A stretch of DNA of 64,000 nt from Deltaproteobacteria bacterium (GTDB taxonomy: Bacteria > Myxococcota_A > UBA796 > UBA9615): NCBI GenBank assembly GCA_023954745.1, contig JAGSHC010000006.1, positions 508 to 64,507 of the forward strand. Direction: 5' to 3'. Within the stretch, counting starts at the first letter, position 1; each line of letters starts with the position of its first letter. Made by a program: the position numbers and the translations under genes. Below, piece by piece: positions 1 to 8,733 of this stretch. The notes beneath the pieces are model-generated. The model saw nothing but the letters and a program-made list of their open reading frames with translations. It searched no databases and had not been told where the DNA came from.

Positions 1-1357
1 CCAGCAGGAGCTGCCCATCCTCGGCGACACCCCGGACGGACACGGACACCGAGCGGCCCTCATGCTCGCCGATGCGTTCGACCAGGGCCTTCCGGTCCCC
101 CCGACGCGCCTCGACCCAGGTGTTCTTCTTCTCTCCGCGCAGGAGGGCGGTGGCCAACCGCTGGTGGGCGGCACGGTCGAGCCGGCCCTCGATCCCTCCT
201 CCAAGGGTCACGACGACAGACTCCTTCTCGGCGTCCGCCTCCCCCAGGAGGCCGCGATGAAAGGTCAGCGGGGCGACGTCGTCCTTGGCCAAGGGGGGAA
301 GCTCCCGGGGCTCCCCGAACAGCGAGGCGAGCTCGGGGCTCTCGAGCCAGAGCCCGGCGTCCGAGAGGTGGTGCCGGAGCGAATACACCGCCTCCCGCTG
401 CACATCGGCCTGCAAGGTGGTCACGATCTGCAACCCAGCGCGCCCCGGGTCTTCCACTCCGTGGGCCAGCAGCGTGGCCCGAAACTCGTCAGAGTTGAGC
501 TCCTGCTCCACGAAGTCGAGTACCACCGAGCGCTCGAACCGGAAGCGCCCCCGCTGGAACGGGATGTCGCGGGCCACCTCGCGGTCGTAGGCCTCCGCGT
601 CGATCCACCCGTCCTCGAGCATCCGGCGGAGCACGTACTCCACGCGCTCTTCGCTCTTCGCGATGGCCCGCGCCTGGCGCTCCTCGTCGGCGACGAAGGG
701 GTTGTACCGGTTTGGGGACTTCACGACCCCAGCCAGGAACGCGCACTGGAGCAAGTCCAGATCGGCCACGTCGGCGTCGAAGAAGAACCGCGCGGCGATC
801 CCGAGACCACGCCCGTTGCCGTTGACGTAGAACTGGTTGCTGTAGAACTCGAGGATCTCGTCCTTGTCGTACTCACGCTCGAGGCGAAGGGCGTTGGCCA
901 GCTCCCGCAGCTTCTCGCTGTAGGTGCGGCCCCGGCGTTCGAAGAGGTTCTTCGCGGTCTGTTGGGTCAGCGTCGACCCGCCCGCCACCGTGCGCCCGGC
1001 CTTCAGGTTCTGGATCATCGCCCGCGTGATGCCCTTCGGTGAGAAGCCGAAGTGGTCATAGAAGCTCCGGTCCTCGGCGCTCACCAGGGCCTGCACGAAG
1101 GCGGGAGGCAGCTCGGCGGCGGGCACGTACTGACGGTGCTCCTCGCTGAAGAAGACGCCGATCTTGGTCTCGCCGTCGGCGTAGAACACCGGGGACTCCT
1201 GGGCGATGACCGAGAGGATGTACTCCCGCTGGAGATGCGGGGCCTCCGTTCCGATGACGAACCACCAGTAGATGCCCGCAAGGGCACCGACGCCCAACAC
1301 GACGAGCAGGACTCCCAAGAACAAGAGCCGCTTCAGCCAGCGGCGTCCTCGCGACAC
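1..1357 (-). CDS. Class A penicillin-binding protein (PBP1A-like, GT51 transglycosylase end); C-terminal part lies outside the window
   Basis: Missing from the ORF track because it has no stop in the window. My minus-strand translation from GTG at 1357 gives VSRGRRWLKRLLFLGVLLVVLGVGALAGIYWW (TM anchor), then SAEDRSFYDHFGFSPKGITRA, GGSTLTQQTAKNLF and EKLRELANALRLEREYDKDEILEFYSNQ, which are canonical GT51 motifs. The frame is GC3-rich. The + ORF 62..1042 is its antisense shadow. Confidence 0.85.
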   Translation of the reverse strand, partial: MSRGRRWLKRLLFLGVLLVVLGVGALAGIYWWFVIGTEAPHLQREYILSVIAQESPVFYADGETKIGVFFSEEHRQYVPAAELPPAFVQALVSAEDRSFYDHFGFSPKGITRAMIQNLKAGRTVAGGSTLTQQTAKNLFERRGRTYSEKLRELANALRLEREYDKDEILEFYSNQFYVNGNGRGLGIAARFFFDADVADLDLLQCAFLAGVVKSPNRYNPFVADEERQARAIAKSEERVEYVLRRMLEDGWIDAEAYDREVARDIPFQRGRFRFERSVVLDFVEQELNSDEFRATLLAHGVEDPGRAGLQIVTTLQADVQREAVYSLRHHLSDAGLWLESPELASLFGEPRELPPLAKDDVAPLTFHRGLLGEADAEKESVVVTLGGGIEGRLDRAAHQRLATALLRGEKKNTWVEARRGDRKALVERIGEHEGRSVSVSVRGVAEDGQLLL

Positions 1358-1394
1358 CCCAGTCGGTCGCGGCCACGCCCGCGTCTCACTGACA

Positions 1395-2543
1395 TCAGGC
1401 ATCGTCAGCCGCCAGCTGCGTGAGCAGAGCTTCCCAGCGTGCGACGAACACGGGCTCGCCGAAGCGCTCTGCCTGCTCTCGGGCCGCTCGACGCAAGGCG
1501 GGCACGAGATCGGGCTGGAGCATCCTCTGCATGTGCGCGGCGAGCTCGTCGGCGTCGTCGTCGTCCTCGAGAATCGCGAGGGCGCTGGAGGGTCCCAGCG
1601 TCGACCCCGCTCCGTTGACCGACGACGTGACGACGGGGACACCACAAGCCAACGCCTCGAGGGTCACGTTCGCGAAGGGGTCATAGCGTGTGGGCAGCAC
1701 GAGCAGGTCCGCGGCGGCGAACAGCTTCTCGGGCGCGTCGTGCGCGTTGAGGAAGGCGACGCGGTCTCTCACCGCAAGTCGCTCCGCCTCCGCCTCCCAA
1801 AAGGCGCGACGGCGATCATCTCCGAGTACCAAGAGGCGCAGCTCCTCTCGTGGGGCGAGACGCGCGAGCGCGGACAACACCCTGTCCAACCCCTTGCGCC
1901 ACAGATCACTTCCCACGAACAGCACGACGAGCTCCTCGGGACCGATTCCGAGCGCGTCTCGCTGATCACCGAAATAGAGCTGTCGGGTCTTCGGATGGAA
2001 ACGGTCGAGGTCCACGCCGTTGGGGATCACCTGGACCTGCTCGCCCAGCTCGCCGTACGCGGCCACGAGGTCGGCGCGCGCTTGCTCCGAGGGCACGACG
2101 ACCGTCCCCGGACCGGTGAGAGACCGCTTCTCGTGCCAGAGGATGAAACGGTGACGAAGGGAGACCGCCAGACGGAACCGCCGCCACCCCGACATGGGCT
2201 GGGACCTCAACAGTCCGAGCCACGTGCGATGACTCCCTCCTCCGGCCCGATAGACATCCCTGGGGCCCGTCCGGCCCATGTGCACGACCACGTCGAACGC
2301 GCTCCGTCGCACCCGGAGCGCGGCGGACAGCCAGAGCCGAAGCGCCCGAAACCCTGCCCCGGGCCCGCCACCGCCGAGCGCGCGAAACGTCGCGAGACGA
2401 GCACGGTGGAATCGAGGGTCCACCTCGGAAGAGAAGACGACGATCTCGTGCCCCTGCTGACGCAGCCCGCGCACCAGCGACTCCATCATTCGCTCGGTTC
2501 CACCTTGGAGACCGAAGCGCTTGTGCACGAAGGCGAGCTTCAC
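1395..2543 (-). CDS. Glycosyltransferase family 1 (GT4-type)
   Basis: ORF 1395..2684. N-terminus VKLAFVHKRFGLQGGTERMMESL and C-terminal VLPTRYDPFANVTLEALACGVPVV (E-x7-E region). I prefer the GTG start at 2543, which forms a GTGA overlap with the stop of the upstream GT2 gene. Confidence 0.8.
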   Translation of the reverse strand: MKLAFVHKRFGLQGGTERMMESLVRGLRQQGHEIVVFSSEVDPRFHRARLATFRALGGGGPGAGFRALRLWLSAALRVRRSAFDVVVHMGRTGPRDVYRAGGGSHRTWLGLLRSQPMSGWRRFRLAVSLRHRFILWHEKRSLTGPGTVVVPSEQARADLVAAYGELGEQVQVIPNGVDLDRFHPKTRQLYFGDQRDALGIGPEELVVLFVGSDLWRKGLDRVLSALARLAPREELRLLVLGDDRRRAFWEAEAERLAVRDRVAFLNAHDAPEKLFAAADLLVLPTRYDPFANVTLEALACGVPVVTSSVNGAGSTLGPSSALAILEDDDDADELAAHMQRMLQPDLVPALRRAAREQAERFGEPVFVARWEALLTQLAADDA

Positions 2544-3286
2544 CGGGGAAGCCTCCGAGCGAGTCGGTACTTCCGGGCGACGCCCTTGGCCCCGACCCAG
2601 GCCACCGTCATTCCCCGCCGTCCTTGCAGCGGGGCACCGCCCAGGACCACCTTCCGAGCGAAGTGTGCGGCCGCGTGGAGCCATGGCGCCGCAGGGCCTG
2701 GGCGTCCCGCGCGGGCGATGCTCTCCGAAGCCCTTCGCGCGTGGGAGACGGTCGCGCGCACGTACGCGCGCGTGCTTCGATCGGGGTCGTGATGGAGGAC
2801 CCCAGGGAGGACGGGAGCAAACCCTTCGACCTCGACCCGATCATGAGGGTCGACGCCCGCGACCTCGCCCGTCCGACGGTCGAACACGCGCACCGGCCGG
2901 TCGGCTCCCCAGCCGGCGCCGCGGACTGCAGCTCCATCGAGGTAGTTCCACCGATGCACGCGGAACCCCCCGGTCTCGGCAGGCCAGTCTCGCCGCACCC
3001 GCAGGATGGACGCCCCAAGGCGCGGCCCGATCCGCTCGTCCGAGTCCACGATCACGACGTGGTCGTGAGCCGCGAGGGCGACAGCCCGCCGCTTCTGGGA
3101 GACGAAGCCGTCGAAGGGGTGGTGCACCACGCGGGCTCCGGCCGCCTTCGCCTGCCCCACCGTACCGTCGGTCGAGCCTCCATCGAGGACGAGCACCTCG
3201 CTGACCCAGGGCAGCGCCGAGGCAACGGCGGCGCCGATCTTCGACTCCTCGTCGCGCGCGATAATGACGGCAGAAAGGGGTCGCAT
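2540..3286 (-). CDS. Glycosyltransferase family 2
   Basis: ORF 2540..3307. MRPLSAVIIARDEESKIGAAV...LVLDGGSTDGT and a DSDE (DXD-like) motif. ATG at 3286 preferred; the GTG at 3307 is possible. Confidence 0.8.
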   Translation of the reverse strand: MRPLSAVIIARDEESKIGAAVASALPWVSEVLVLDGGSTDGTVGQAKAAGARVVHHPFDGFVSQKRRAVALAAHDHVVIVDSDERIGPRLGASILRVRRDWPAETGGFRVHRWNYLDGAAVRGAGWGADRPVRVFDRRTGEVAGVDPHDRVEVEGFAPVLPGVLHHDPDRSTRAYVRATVSHARRASESIARAGRPGPAAPWLHAAAHFARKVVLGGAPLQGRRGMTVAWVGAKGVARKYRLARRLPR

Positions 3287-3350
3287 CGGCGGCGGATGAT
3301 GGCACACCCCGGAGCCTCTGCGGCGCTTGACGCAACTGCGACGGGGCGGG

Positions 3351-3378
3351 TTGACAGCAAGACCCCCTCACCTACAAT
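3351..3378 (+). promoter_or_regulatory. Sigma70-type promoter for tRNA-Cys
   Basis: TTGACA (3351-3356), 16 nt spacer, TACAAT (3373-3378). The mature tRNA 5' end lies 15 nt downstream. Confidence 0.6.
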
Positions 3379-3392
3379 CCCGGCCCCTTTGT

Positions 3393-3467
3393 GGCGACAT
3401 GGCCAAGTGGTAAGGCAAGGGATTGCAAATCCCTGATTCCCCGGTTCGAATCCGGGTGTCGCCTCCA
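3393..3467 (+). tRNA. tRNA-Cys (anticodon GCA), CCA encoded
   Basis: GGCGACA...TGTCGCC acceptor stem, anticodon loop TTGCAAA, T-arm GGTTCGAATCC, and 3' T-CCA at 3464-3467. Confidence 0.95.
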
Positions 3468-3474
3468 AATTTCA

Positions 3475-3510
3475 GTAGAGCGGGCTCCCGGATTCGGGAG
3501 CCCGCTCTAC
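3475..3510 (+). terminator. Hairpin terminator after tRNA-Cys
   Basis: Perfect 16-bp stem GTAGAGCGGGCTCCCG / CGGGAGCCCGCTCTAC with loop GATT. The trailing U-tract is weak (TCCTTGG). Confidence 0.6.
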
Positions 3511-3676
3511 TCCTTGGGGCTCCGAGAAAAGATTCGACCGAACCGTCCAAGTAAGAGCGGCTCGCTTTGCCCGGAGGCAGGTTGCAGCCCGCAAACGAGT
3601 CCTTACACTTGTCTCCGGCTCAGACCGTGAGCTGTCCAACAACTGGCTTCTTGCCACTCCCAATGGAACTCCAGCC

Positions 3677-4333
3677 ATGCCCCACAGCGGTGGAAACAAC
3701 ATCGTCGAGACCTTCATGGAGAGCAACCTGCTCCAGGCGGAGTGGGTGCTTTGGTTCCTCCTCGTGCTCTTCGTGGCCTGCATCATCGTGATGCTCGTGA
3801 AGTTCGCCTGGTTCGGCATCAACAAGGTGCGCGCCGGCAAGCTCCAGGCGCGGGTGGGGGAGCTCCTCGCCGATGGCAACGTCGACACCTTCCGCAAGGA
3901 TGTCGAAGACCTCGAGGGCACCGAGGCGTGGGTGCTTCGCCACGCCCTCCGCTACACCGAGAGCGGCACGGACGTCGTCGAGACGCAGATGGACGTGGCG
4001 ATGGTGTCCCGCAAGGCACGGATGGAGCGCGGCATCGTGTTCCTCGGCACCGTCGGAGCCAACGCCCCCTTCGTCGGCCTGTTCGGCACGGTGCTGGGCG
4101 TCATCAAGGCGTTCCGAGACATGTCCCTGGAGAGCGAGGCCGGAGCCGCCGCGGTCATGGCCGGCATCTCCGAGGCCCTCGTGGCCACCGCCGTCGGCCT
4201 GATGGTCGCCATCCCCGCTGTCGTTGCATACAACTACCTGTCGCGACAGGTGAAGTCGGTGATGAGCAACTCGGGCTCCCTGAACGAACAGGTGCTGCTG
4301 CGGCTTCGGTCGCCTGACGCACCCAGCGCTTAG
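3677..4333 (+). CDS. exbB: MotA/TolQ/ExbB-family proton channel
   Basis: ORF 3677..4333 with three TM segments and GTVGANAPFVGLFGTVLGVIKAF. Followed by exbD and tonB. An alternative ATG lies at 3716. Confidence 0.85.
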   Translation: MPHSGGNNIVETFMESNLLQAEWVLWFLLVLFVACIIVMLVKFAWFGINKVRAGKLQARVGELLADGNVDTFRKDVEDLEGTEAWVLRHALRYTESGTDVVETQMDVAMVSRKARMERGIVFLGTVGANAPFVGLFGTVLGVIKAFRDMSLESEAGAAAVMAGISEALVATAVGLMVAIPAVVAYNYLSRQVKSVMSNSGSLNEQVLLRLRSPDAPSA

Positions 4334-4344
4334 GAGGCATAGCC

Positions 4345-4821
4345 ATGGGCGCGAAGATGGGAGGCGACGATGACGATGTCATGGCGGACATCAACATCAC
4401 GCCGATGGTCGACATCATCCTGGTCCTGCTCATCATCTTCATGGTGACGGCCTCGGTCATCAACAAGGAGGCCATCGAGGTGGAGCTGCCGTCGGCAGCC
4501 ACCGGCGGGCCCACCGAGACCACATCGCTCGGGATTCACATCGACAAGGATGGTGCCTGGTACCTCAACGGCGAGCCCACCGGCAAGGAGGCCGTGCGGG
4601 CGTTCATCCGCCAGGAGAAGGCTGCTGGGGCAGACCTCATGGCGCTCATCGCGGCCGACAAGACCGCGTCGCACGGCGAGGTGGTGGGCGCCATCGACCT
4701 GGTAAAGCAGGAAGGCGTGCTCAAGTTCGCCATCAACATCGACCCTGTCCCGCCGCCGGCTGCAGCCGCGAAGGCGGGAGGAGTTGCCCCGGTCCCCGCC
4801 CCCCCTGGGGACCAGGAGTAG
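4345..4821 (+). CDS. exbD: ExbD/TolR-family protein
   Basis: DINITPMVDIILVLLIIFMV motif. AGGAGG sits 7 nt upstream of the ATG. Confidence 0.85.
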   Translation: MGAKMGGDDDDVMADINITPMVDIILVLLIIFMVTASVINKEAIEVELPSAATGGPTETTSLGIHIDKDGAWYLNGEPTGKEAVRAFIRQEKAAGADLMALIAADKTASHGEVVGAIDLVKQEGVLKFAINIDPVPPPAAAAKAGGVAPVPAPPGDQE

Positions 4822-4822
4822 C

Positions 4823-5656
4823 GTGTCCGAAGCGCCCGATCTCCGGCTCCTCGACGGCGGCAAGGAAGCCCCTCCTGCTCCCGTTGAGGAGGAGGAGGAG
4901 AGGGTCTTCGTTCCGGTCGTTCCGCTCGCTGAGGAGCCCTTCCTCAGCGGCTCGCTCGGGATCGGACTGTTCCTCGCAGGCGTCGTCTTTGCCGGTCTGG
5001 TGTGGGTATCGAACCGTCCCCCCGAGCCCGAGAAGCCCGAGGAACAGGTCATCGAGTTCGTGGTCATCGAGCCGGAACCCGAGCCCGAGCCAGAGCCGGA
5101 ACCCGAGCCCGAGCCCGAGCCAGAGCCAGAGCCGCCGAAGGTCGTGGACATCGAGCAGGTCAACGAGCCTGTTCCCACCGACACGAGCGCAGAGCCCCCT
5201 CCCCCAGACGCCGCGCCCCCGAAGCCAGTCTTCGGGGTGAGCATGAACTCGACTGTGGCGGGGGACACCGGACTCTCGGTGCGGGTCGGGAACACGATCG
5301 GCGTGAAGCCCTCGGACGAGATCGTGGATCCGGGCGACGTGAAACCGCTCCGCTCCGTCAGCTTCAGCAAGCTGGAGACTCCTCCGAAGATCATCAAGGA
5401 CTTCGTGTGGGATCAGTCCGACTACCCGCCCGATGCCCTCGCCGAAGGCATCCAGGGCACGGTGATGCTCAAGCTCACCATCGACGAGACCGGCAAGGTC
5501 ACCAAGGCGAAGGTGATTCGTGGCCTCCACCCGGAGCTGGACCGCCTCGCGCAAGAGGCCTGTTACAAGTTCAAGTGGAAGCCCGGCATGTCTGGGGGCG
5601 AGCCCGTGATCACGACGAACTATGTCTGGCGCTATACCTGGGTCATCGTGGATTGA
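4823..5656 (+). CDS. tonB: TonB-family energy transducer
   Basis: ORF 4784..5656. One TM segment, an (EP)11 spacer encoded at 5069-5137, and a C-terminal TonB-C motif DYPPDALAEGIQGTVMLKLTIDETGKV. The GTG at 4823 directly follows the exbD stop; ATG 4784 is possible. Confidence 0.8.
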   Translation: MSEAPDLRLLDGGKEAPPAPVEEEEERVFVPVVPLAEEPFLSGSLGIGLFLAGVVFAGLVWVSNRPPEPEKPEEQVIEFVVIEPEPEPEPEPEPEPEPEPEPEPPKVVDIEQVNEPVPTDTSAEPPPPDAAPPKPVFGVSMNSTVAGDTGLSVRVGNTIGVKPSDEIVDPGDVKPLRSVSFSKLETPPKIIKDFVWDQSDYPPDALAEGIQGTVMLKLTIDETGKVTKAKVIRGLHPELDRLAQEACYKFKWKPGMSGGEPVITTNYVWRYTWVIVD

Positions 5657-8600
5657 TGTACCGAGTCGCCCTCGCTTCGCTGCTCCTCGCCCTCCTCGGG
5701 CCGACGTGGGCTGCAGCCGAGGAGCCCGAGGTCTCCGAGCAGCCACCTGCCGCGGACGCCCCTGACGAGCCGGCCGCCGCAGAGCTCCCCGACGAGCCAG
5801 GGTCCACCGAGGTCTCCGACCAGCCGGTGCCAAGCACGCCGGTGCGGGTGCCGAGTCCACCCCCAGGAGTCTTGGACGCCCCCGAGCCGGCCTACCCCCA
5901 GGAGGCCCTCGAGGCTGCCATCGAGGGAGGCGTGGTCCTCGAGTTTGGCCTGACTTCCGATGGGGTCGTGACCGACATCGAGGTGCTCAGGAGCCCCAGC
6001 GAGGCGCTGGCCACCGCCGCAAAGGCTGCTCTTCAGGACACGTTCTTCGAGGACCCTCCCGAGGGACCGGTGCCCCACGAGCTACGACGCTACTTCCGGC
6101 TGACGAGGTTCGTCCTGCCCGAGGCCCACCGCCCCCCGCCGCCGGAGCCGGACCCGGATGCCCCCGAGCCAGAGATGGCCGACGAGCTCACCAAGCTCCC
6201 GGTGCTCTCGAGTCAAGTGGGGGCGCAGTATCCGGCCGAGGCCAAGGAGCTCGTCATCGAGGGGCTGGTCAACCTCGAGCTCGATGTCTCGGACACCGGA
6301 GAGCTGGAGGGGGTGCGCCTGGTCGAAGAGGAGCCAACGGGCTGGGGATTCGGGTACCAGGCCATCCGCGCCGTGTGGCAGTTCAGCTTCGAGCCCGCCT
6401 ACGCGGGTGAGGTGCCGGTCCCGGTCCGCATCACCTACACCTATGGCTTCGAGCTCGAAGAGGTGGTGGTGGAGTCCGCCCCCGACACCCCCGACGTGGG
6501 GGAAGGAATCGACCCCGACGGGCCCGTCAACTTCACGGGCATCGTGAGGGAGCGCGGAACCCGCCGCACCCTCGGGGGCGTCGACGTCTACATCGACAAC
6601 CTCGACCACGGAGCCCTCACCGACGACTTCGGCGCATTCACCTTCCGCGGAATTCCCGCCGGTCTCCACCGCGTGATCGTCGCGGTCCCGGGGTTCGAGA
6701 AGTTCGAGACCGAGGAGGAGATCGTCCTGGGCGAAGCCACGGACGTCGTCTACTTCCTCAAGGAGAGCCCCCTCGGCGTGGGCGAGACCATCGTCCGCGT
6801 GAAGCGGCAGGAGAAGGAGGTGGCGCGGCGCTCCATCTCCATCGAGACCATCGAGCGGATCCCCGGCACGTTCGGCGACCCGGTCAAGGTGGTGCAGAAC
6901 CTCCCGGGGGTGGCGCGGAGCCCCTTCGACTTCGGCCTCCTGATCGTTCGCGGAAGCGGCCCCGAAGACAGCGGAGTCCACATCGACGGCATCCGGGTGC
7001 CCCAGCTGTTTCACTTCGGCGGGCTGCGCTCCATCGTGACGCCCATCCTCCTCGAGGGAGTCGACTTCTACCCAGGGGGGTACGGCGGAACCTACGGGCG
7101 ACTCACGGGCGGAGTGCTCGATGTGCGCACGCGCACGACCTACGAGCCCGAGATCCACGGGATGGTGCAGGCCGACCTCATCGACGCCAGCGCCGCGGTC
7201 ATCGGCCCCATCAAGAAGAAGGGGGAGAAGTACCCCATCGGCGGCTTCGTGCTGGCGGCCAGGCGCAGCTACCTCGACATCGTCCTCCCCGCGCTCATCC
7301 CCAACACCATCGATGCATCGCAGTTCGTGTTCCCTCAGTGGACGGACATTCAGGGGAAGATCACGCTGCGGCCCACCCCGAAGGACAGCCTCTCGCTGCT
7401 CGCGTACTACAGCCAGGATCGTGTCGCCACCCGCCTCGACGACCCGGGCGCCGCCTCCCAGCGAGCGAGCCAGGGAGAGTTTTCGCTCAAGAACGACTTC
7501 TGGCGGGTGAACTTCGACTGGACCGCACGGCCCGGCCCGAAGGTCGAGAACCGCTTGCTGTTCGCCGTGGGTCAGGACGACGCCCGCGTGGGCGTGGGCC
7601 AGTTCGGACGGCTCTCGACCCGAGCCTGGTGGATCATGCTGCGCGACCACCTCACCCTTCAGGTGGACGACAAGCTCGAGTTGTTCTTCGGGACCGACAT
7701 CATCGCGTCGCCGTTCAGCTTCGACTTCGAGTTCTTCTCGCTCAACTTCAGCGACGACCCCAACGCTGAGCCCGAGGAGTACCAGTTCGAGGAGACGAAC
7801 TTCGGAATCGGCCCGGGGTTCTTCGCCGAAGCCCGCGTCAAGCTTCTCGATGAGCGGATTCGCATGACGCCTGCGCTGAGGGTCGACGGCTACGCGGTGC
7901 CCGGTCAGTTCAGCTCCGGATGGCTCGATCCTCGCTTCTCGTTCCAGATCTCACCGGATCCCGGCAAGCGGATCGACCTCAAGGGGTCCGTGGGCATCTA
8001 CCACCAGAACCCCCAGCCTTTCGAGATCCTCGATGTGACCGGAAACCCCGATCTCAAACCCGAGGAGAGCTACCAGTTCAGCTTCGGCACGGAGCTCCGG
8101 TTCACCGACTTCTTCAGCCTCGACGTCCAGGGCTTCTACAAGCGACTCGACAAGCTGGTGGTGTTCACCACGAATGGGGCACAGGACGGCGGGAGTGACA
8201 GTGCCTGGAACAACGGTGGTGACGGGCAGATCTGGGGTGTCGAGGCCTTCCTGCGCCTGCAGGAGTGGAAGAACCTCGAAGGGTGGGTCTCGTTCACCTA
8301 CCAGCGCAGTCGGCGGCGCGATCGGCCGGACTGGGACTACTACTGGTTCGACTTCGATCAGCCGATCATCCTCGACGTGGTGCTGTCCTATGGCCTCCCC
8401 TTCGGCTTCCGCATCGGCGGCCGGTGGCGCTATGTGAGCGGCAATCCTGACACCCCGATCACCAACGCGATCTACGACTCCGACAGCGACAGCTACATCC
8501 CGCTGCAGGGCCCTTACAACAGCAGTCGGCTGCCCTCGTTCCACGCCTTGGACATCCGCATCGACAAGGACATCAACTTCAGGCGCTGGAAGCTGACCTT

Positions 8601-8733
8601 CTATCTGGACATCCAGAACGTCTACAACCGGAAGAACCCGGAGTCGGTCGTCTACAACTTCGACTACACCGAGAAGATCTTCCTGTACTCACTCCCGATC
8701 CTCCCCAACATCGGCTTCAAGGCTCAGTTCTGA
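5656..8733 (+). CDS. TonB-dependent-receptor-type outer-membrane protein with two N-terminal TonB-C-like domains and a CarboxypepD_reg-like domain
   Basis: In-frame part of ORF 5002..8733. ATG 5656 overlaps the tonB stop (TGATG). Signal peptide MYRVALASLLLALLGPTWAAA. TonB-C-like segments YPQEALEAAIEGGVVLEF..DGVVTDIEVL and YPAEAKELVIEGLVNLEL..GELEGVRLV. Then FTGIVRE..VYID, a plug (ERIPGTFGDPVKVVQNLPGV), a long barrel, and a terminal ...GFKAQF. Confidence 0.8.
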   Translation: MYRVALASLLLALLGPTWAAAEEPEVSEQPPAADAPDEPAAAELPDEPGSTEVSDQPVPSTPVRVPSPPPGVLDAPEPAYPQEALEAAIEGGVVLEFGLTSDGVVTDIEVLRSPSEALATAAKAALQDTFFEDPPEGPVPHELRRYFRLTRFVLPEAHRPPPPEPDPDAPEPEMADELTKLPVLSSQVGAQYPAEAKELVIEGLVNLELDVSDTGELEGVRLVEEEPTGWGFGYQAIRAVWQFSFEPAYAGEVPVPVRITYTYGFELEEVVVESAPDTPDVGEGIDPDGPVNFTGIVRERGTRRTLGGVDVYIDNLDHGALTDDFGAFTFRGIPAGLHRVIVAVPGFEKFETEEEIVLGEATDVVYFLKESPLGVGETIVRVKRQEKEVARRSISIETIERIPGTFGDPVKVVQNLPGVARSPFDFGLLIVRGSGPEDSGVHIDGIRVPQLFHFGGLRSIVTPILLEGVDFYPGGYGGTYGRLTGGVLDVRTRTTYEPEIHGMVQADLIDASAAVIGPIKKKGEKYPIGGFVLAARRSYLDIVLPALIPNTIDASQFVFPQWTDIQGKITLRPTPKDSLSLLAYYSQDRVATRLDDPGAASQRASQGEFSLKNDFWRVNFDWTARPGPKVENRLLFAVGQDDARVGVGQFGRLSTRAWWIMLRDHLTLQVDDKLELFFGTDIIASPFSFDFEFFSLNFSDDPNAEPEEYQFEETNFGIGPGFFAEARVKLLDERIRMTPALRVDGYAVPGQFSSGWLDPRFSFQISPDPGKRIDLKGSVGIYHQNPQPFEILDVTGNPDLKPEESYQFSFGTELRFTDFFSLDVQGFYKRLDKLVVFTTNGAQDGGSDSAWNNGGDGQIWGVEAFLRLQEWKNLEGWVSFTYQRSRRRDRPDWDYYWFDFDQPIILDVVLSYGLPFGFRIGGRWRYVSGNPDTPITNAIYDSDSDSYIPLQGPYNSSRLPSFHALDIRIDKDINFRRWKLTFYLDIQNVYNRKNPESVVYNFDYTEKIFLYSLPILPNIGFKAQF

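Noticed and set aside
62-1042. 326-aa + strand ORF, plus smaller overlapping ORFs at the left edge.
   Set aside because: Its composition is L/G/P/R/E-rich, as expected for an antisense reading. The complementary strand in the same codon phase reads as a PBP1A with canonical GT51 motifs. It is an antisense shadow of a gene that the track misses because that gene has no stop in the window.
3644-3655. Sigma54-like TGGCTT...TTGCC upstream of exbB. A similar CTGGCGAACGATCCTGCC at 10593-10609 lies upstream of the first glt-like gene.
   Set aside because: The spacing between the GG and GC elements is wrong (1 nt, or shifted by one, instead of the strict N5-TT arrangement). Sigma54 promoters do not tolerate this.
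5002-5655. N-terminal 218-aa extension of ORF 5002..8733. Analogous upstream extensions occur in ORFs 10553, 11251, 12792, 24502, 39882, 50096, 58279, 58809 and 56238..58487.
   Set aside because: The extensions are R/G/A-rich, overlap the preceding genes in another frame, and precede clear signal peptides or conserved N-termini. Internal starts with SD sequences or stop/start overlaps are better supported.
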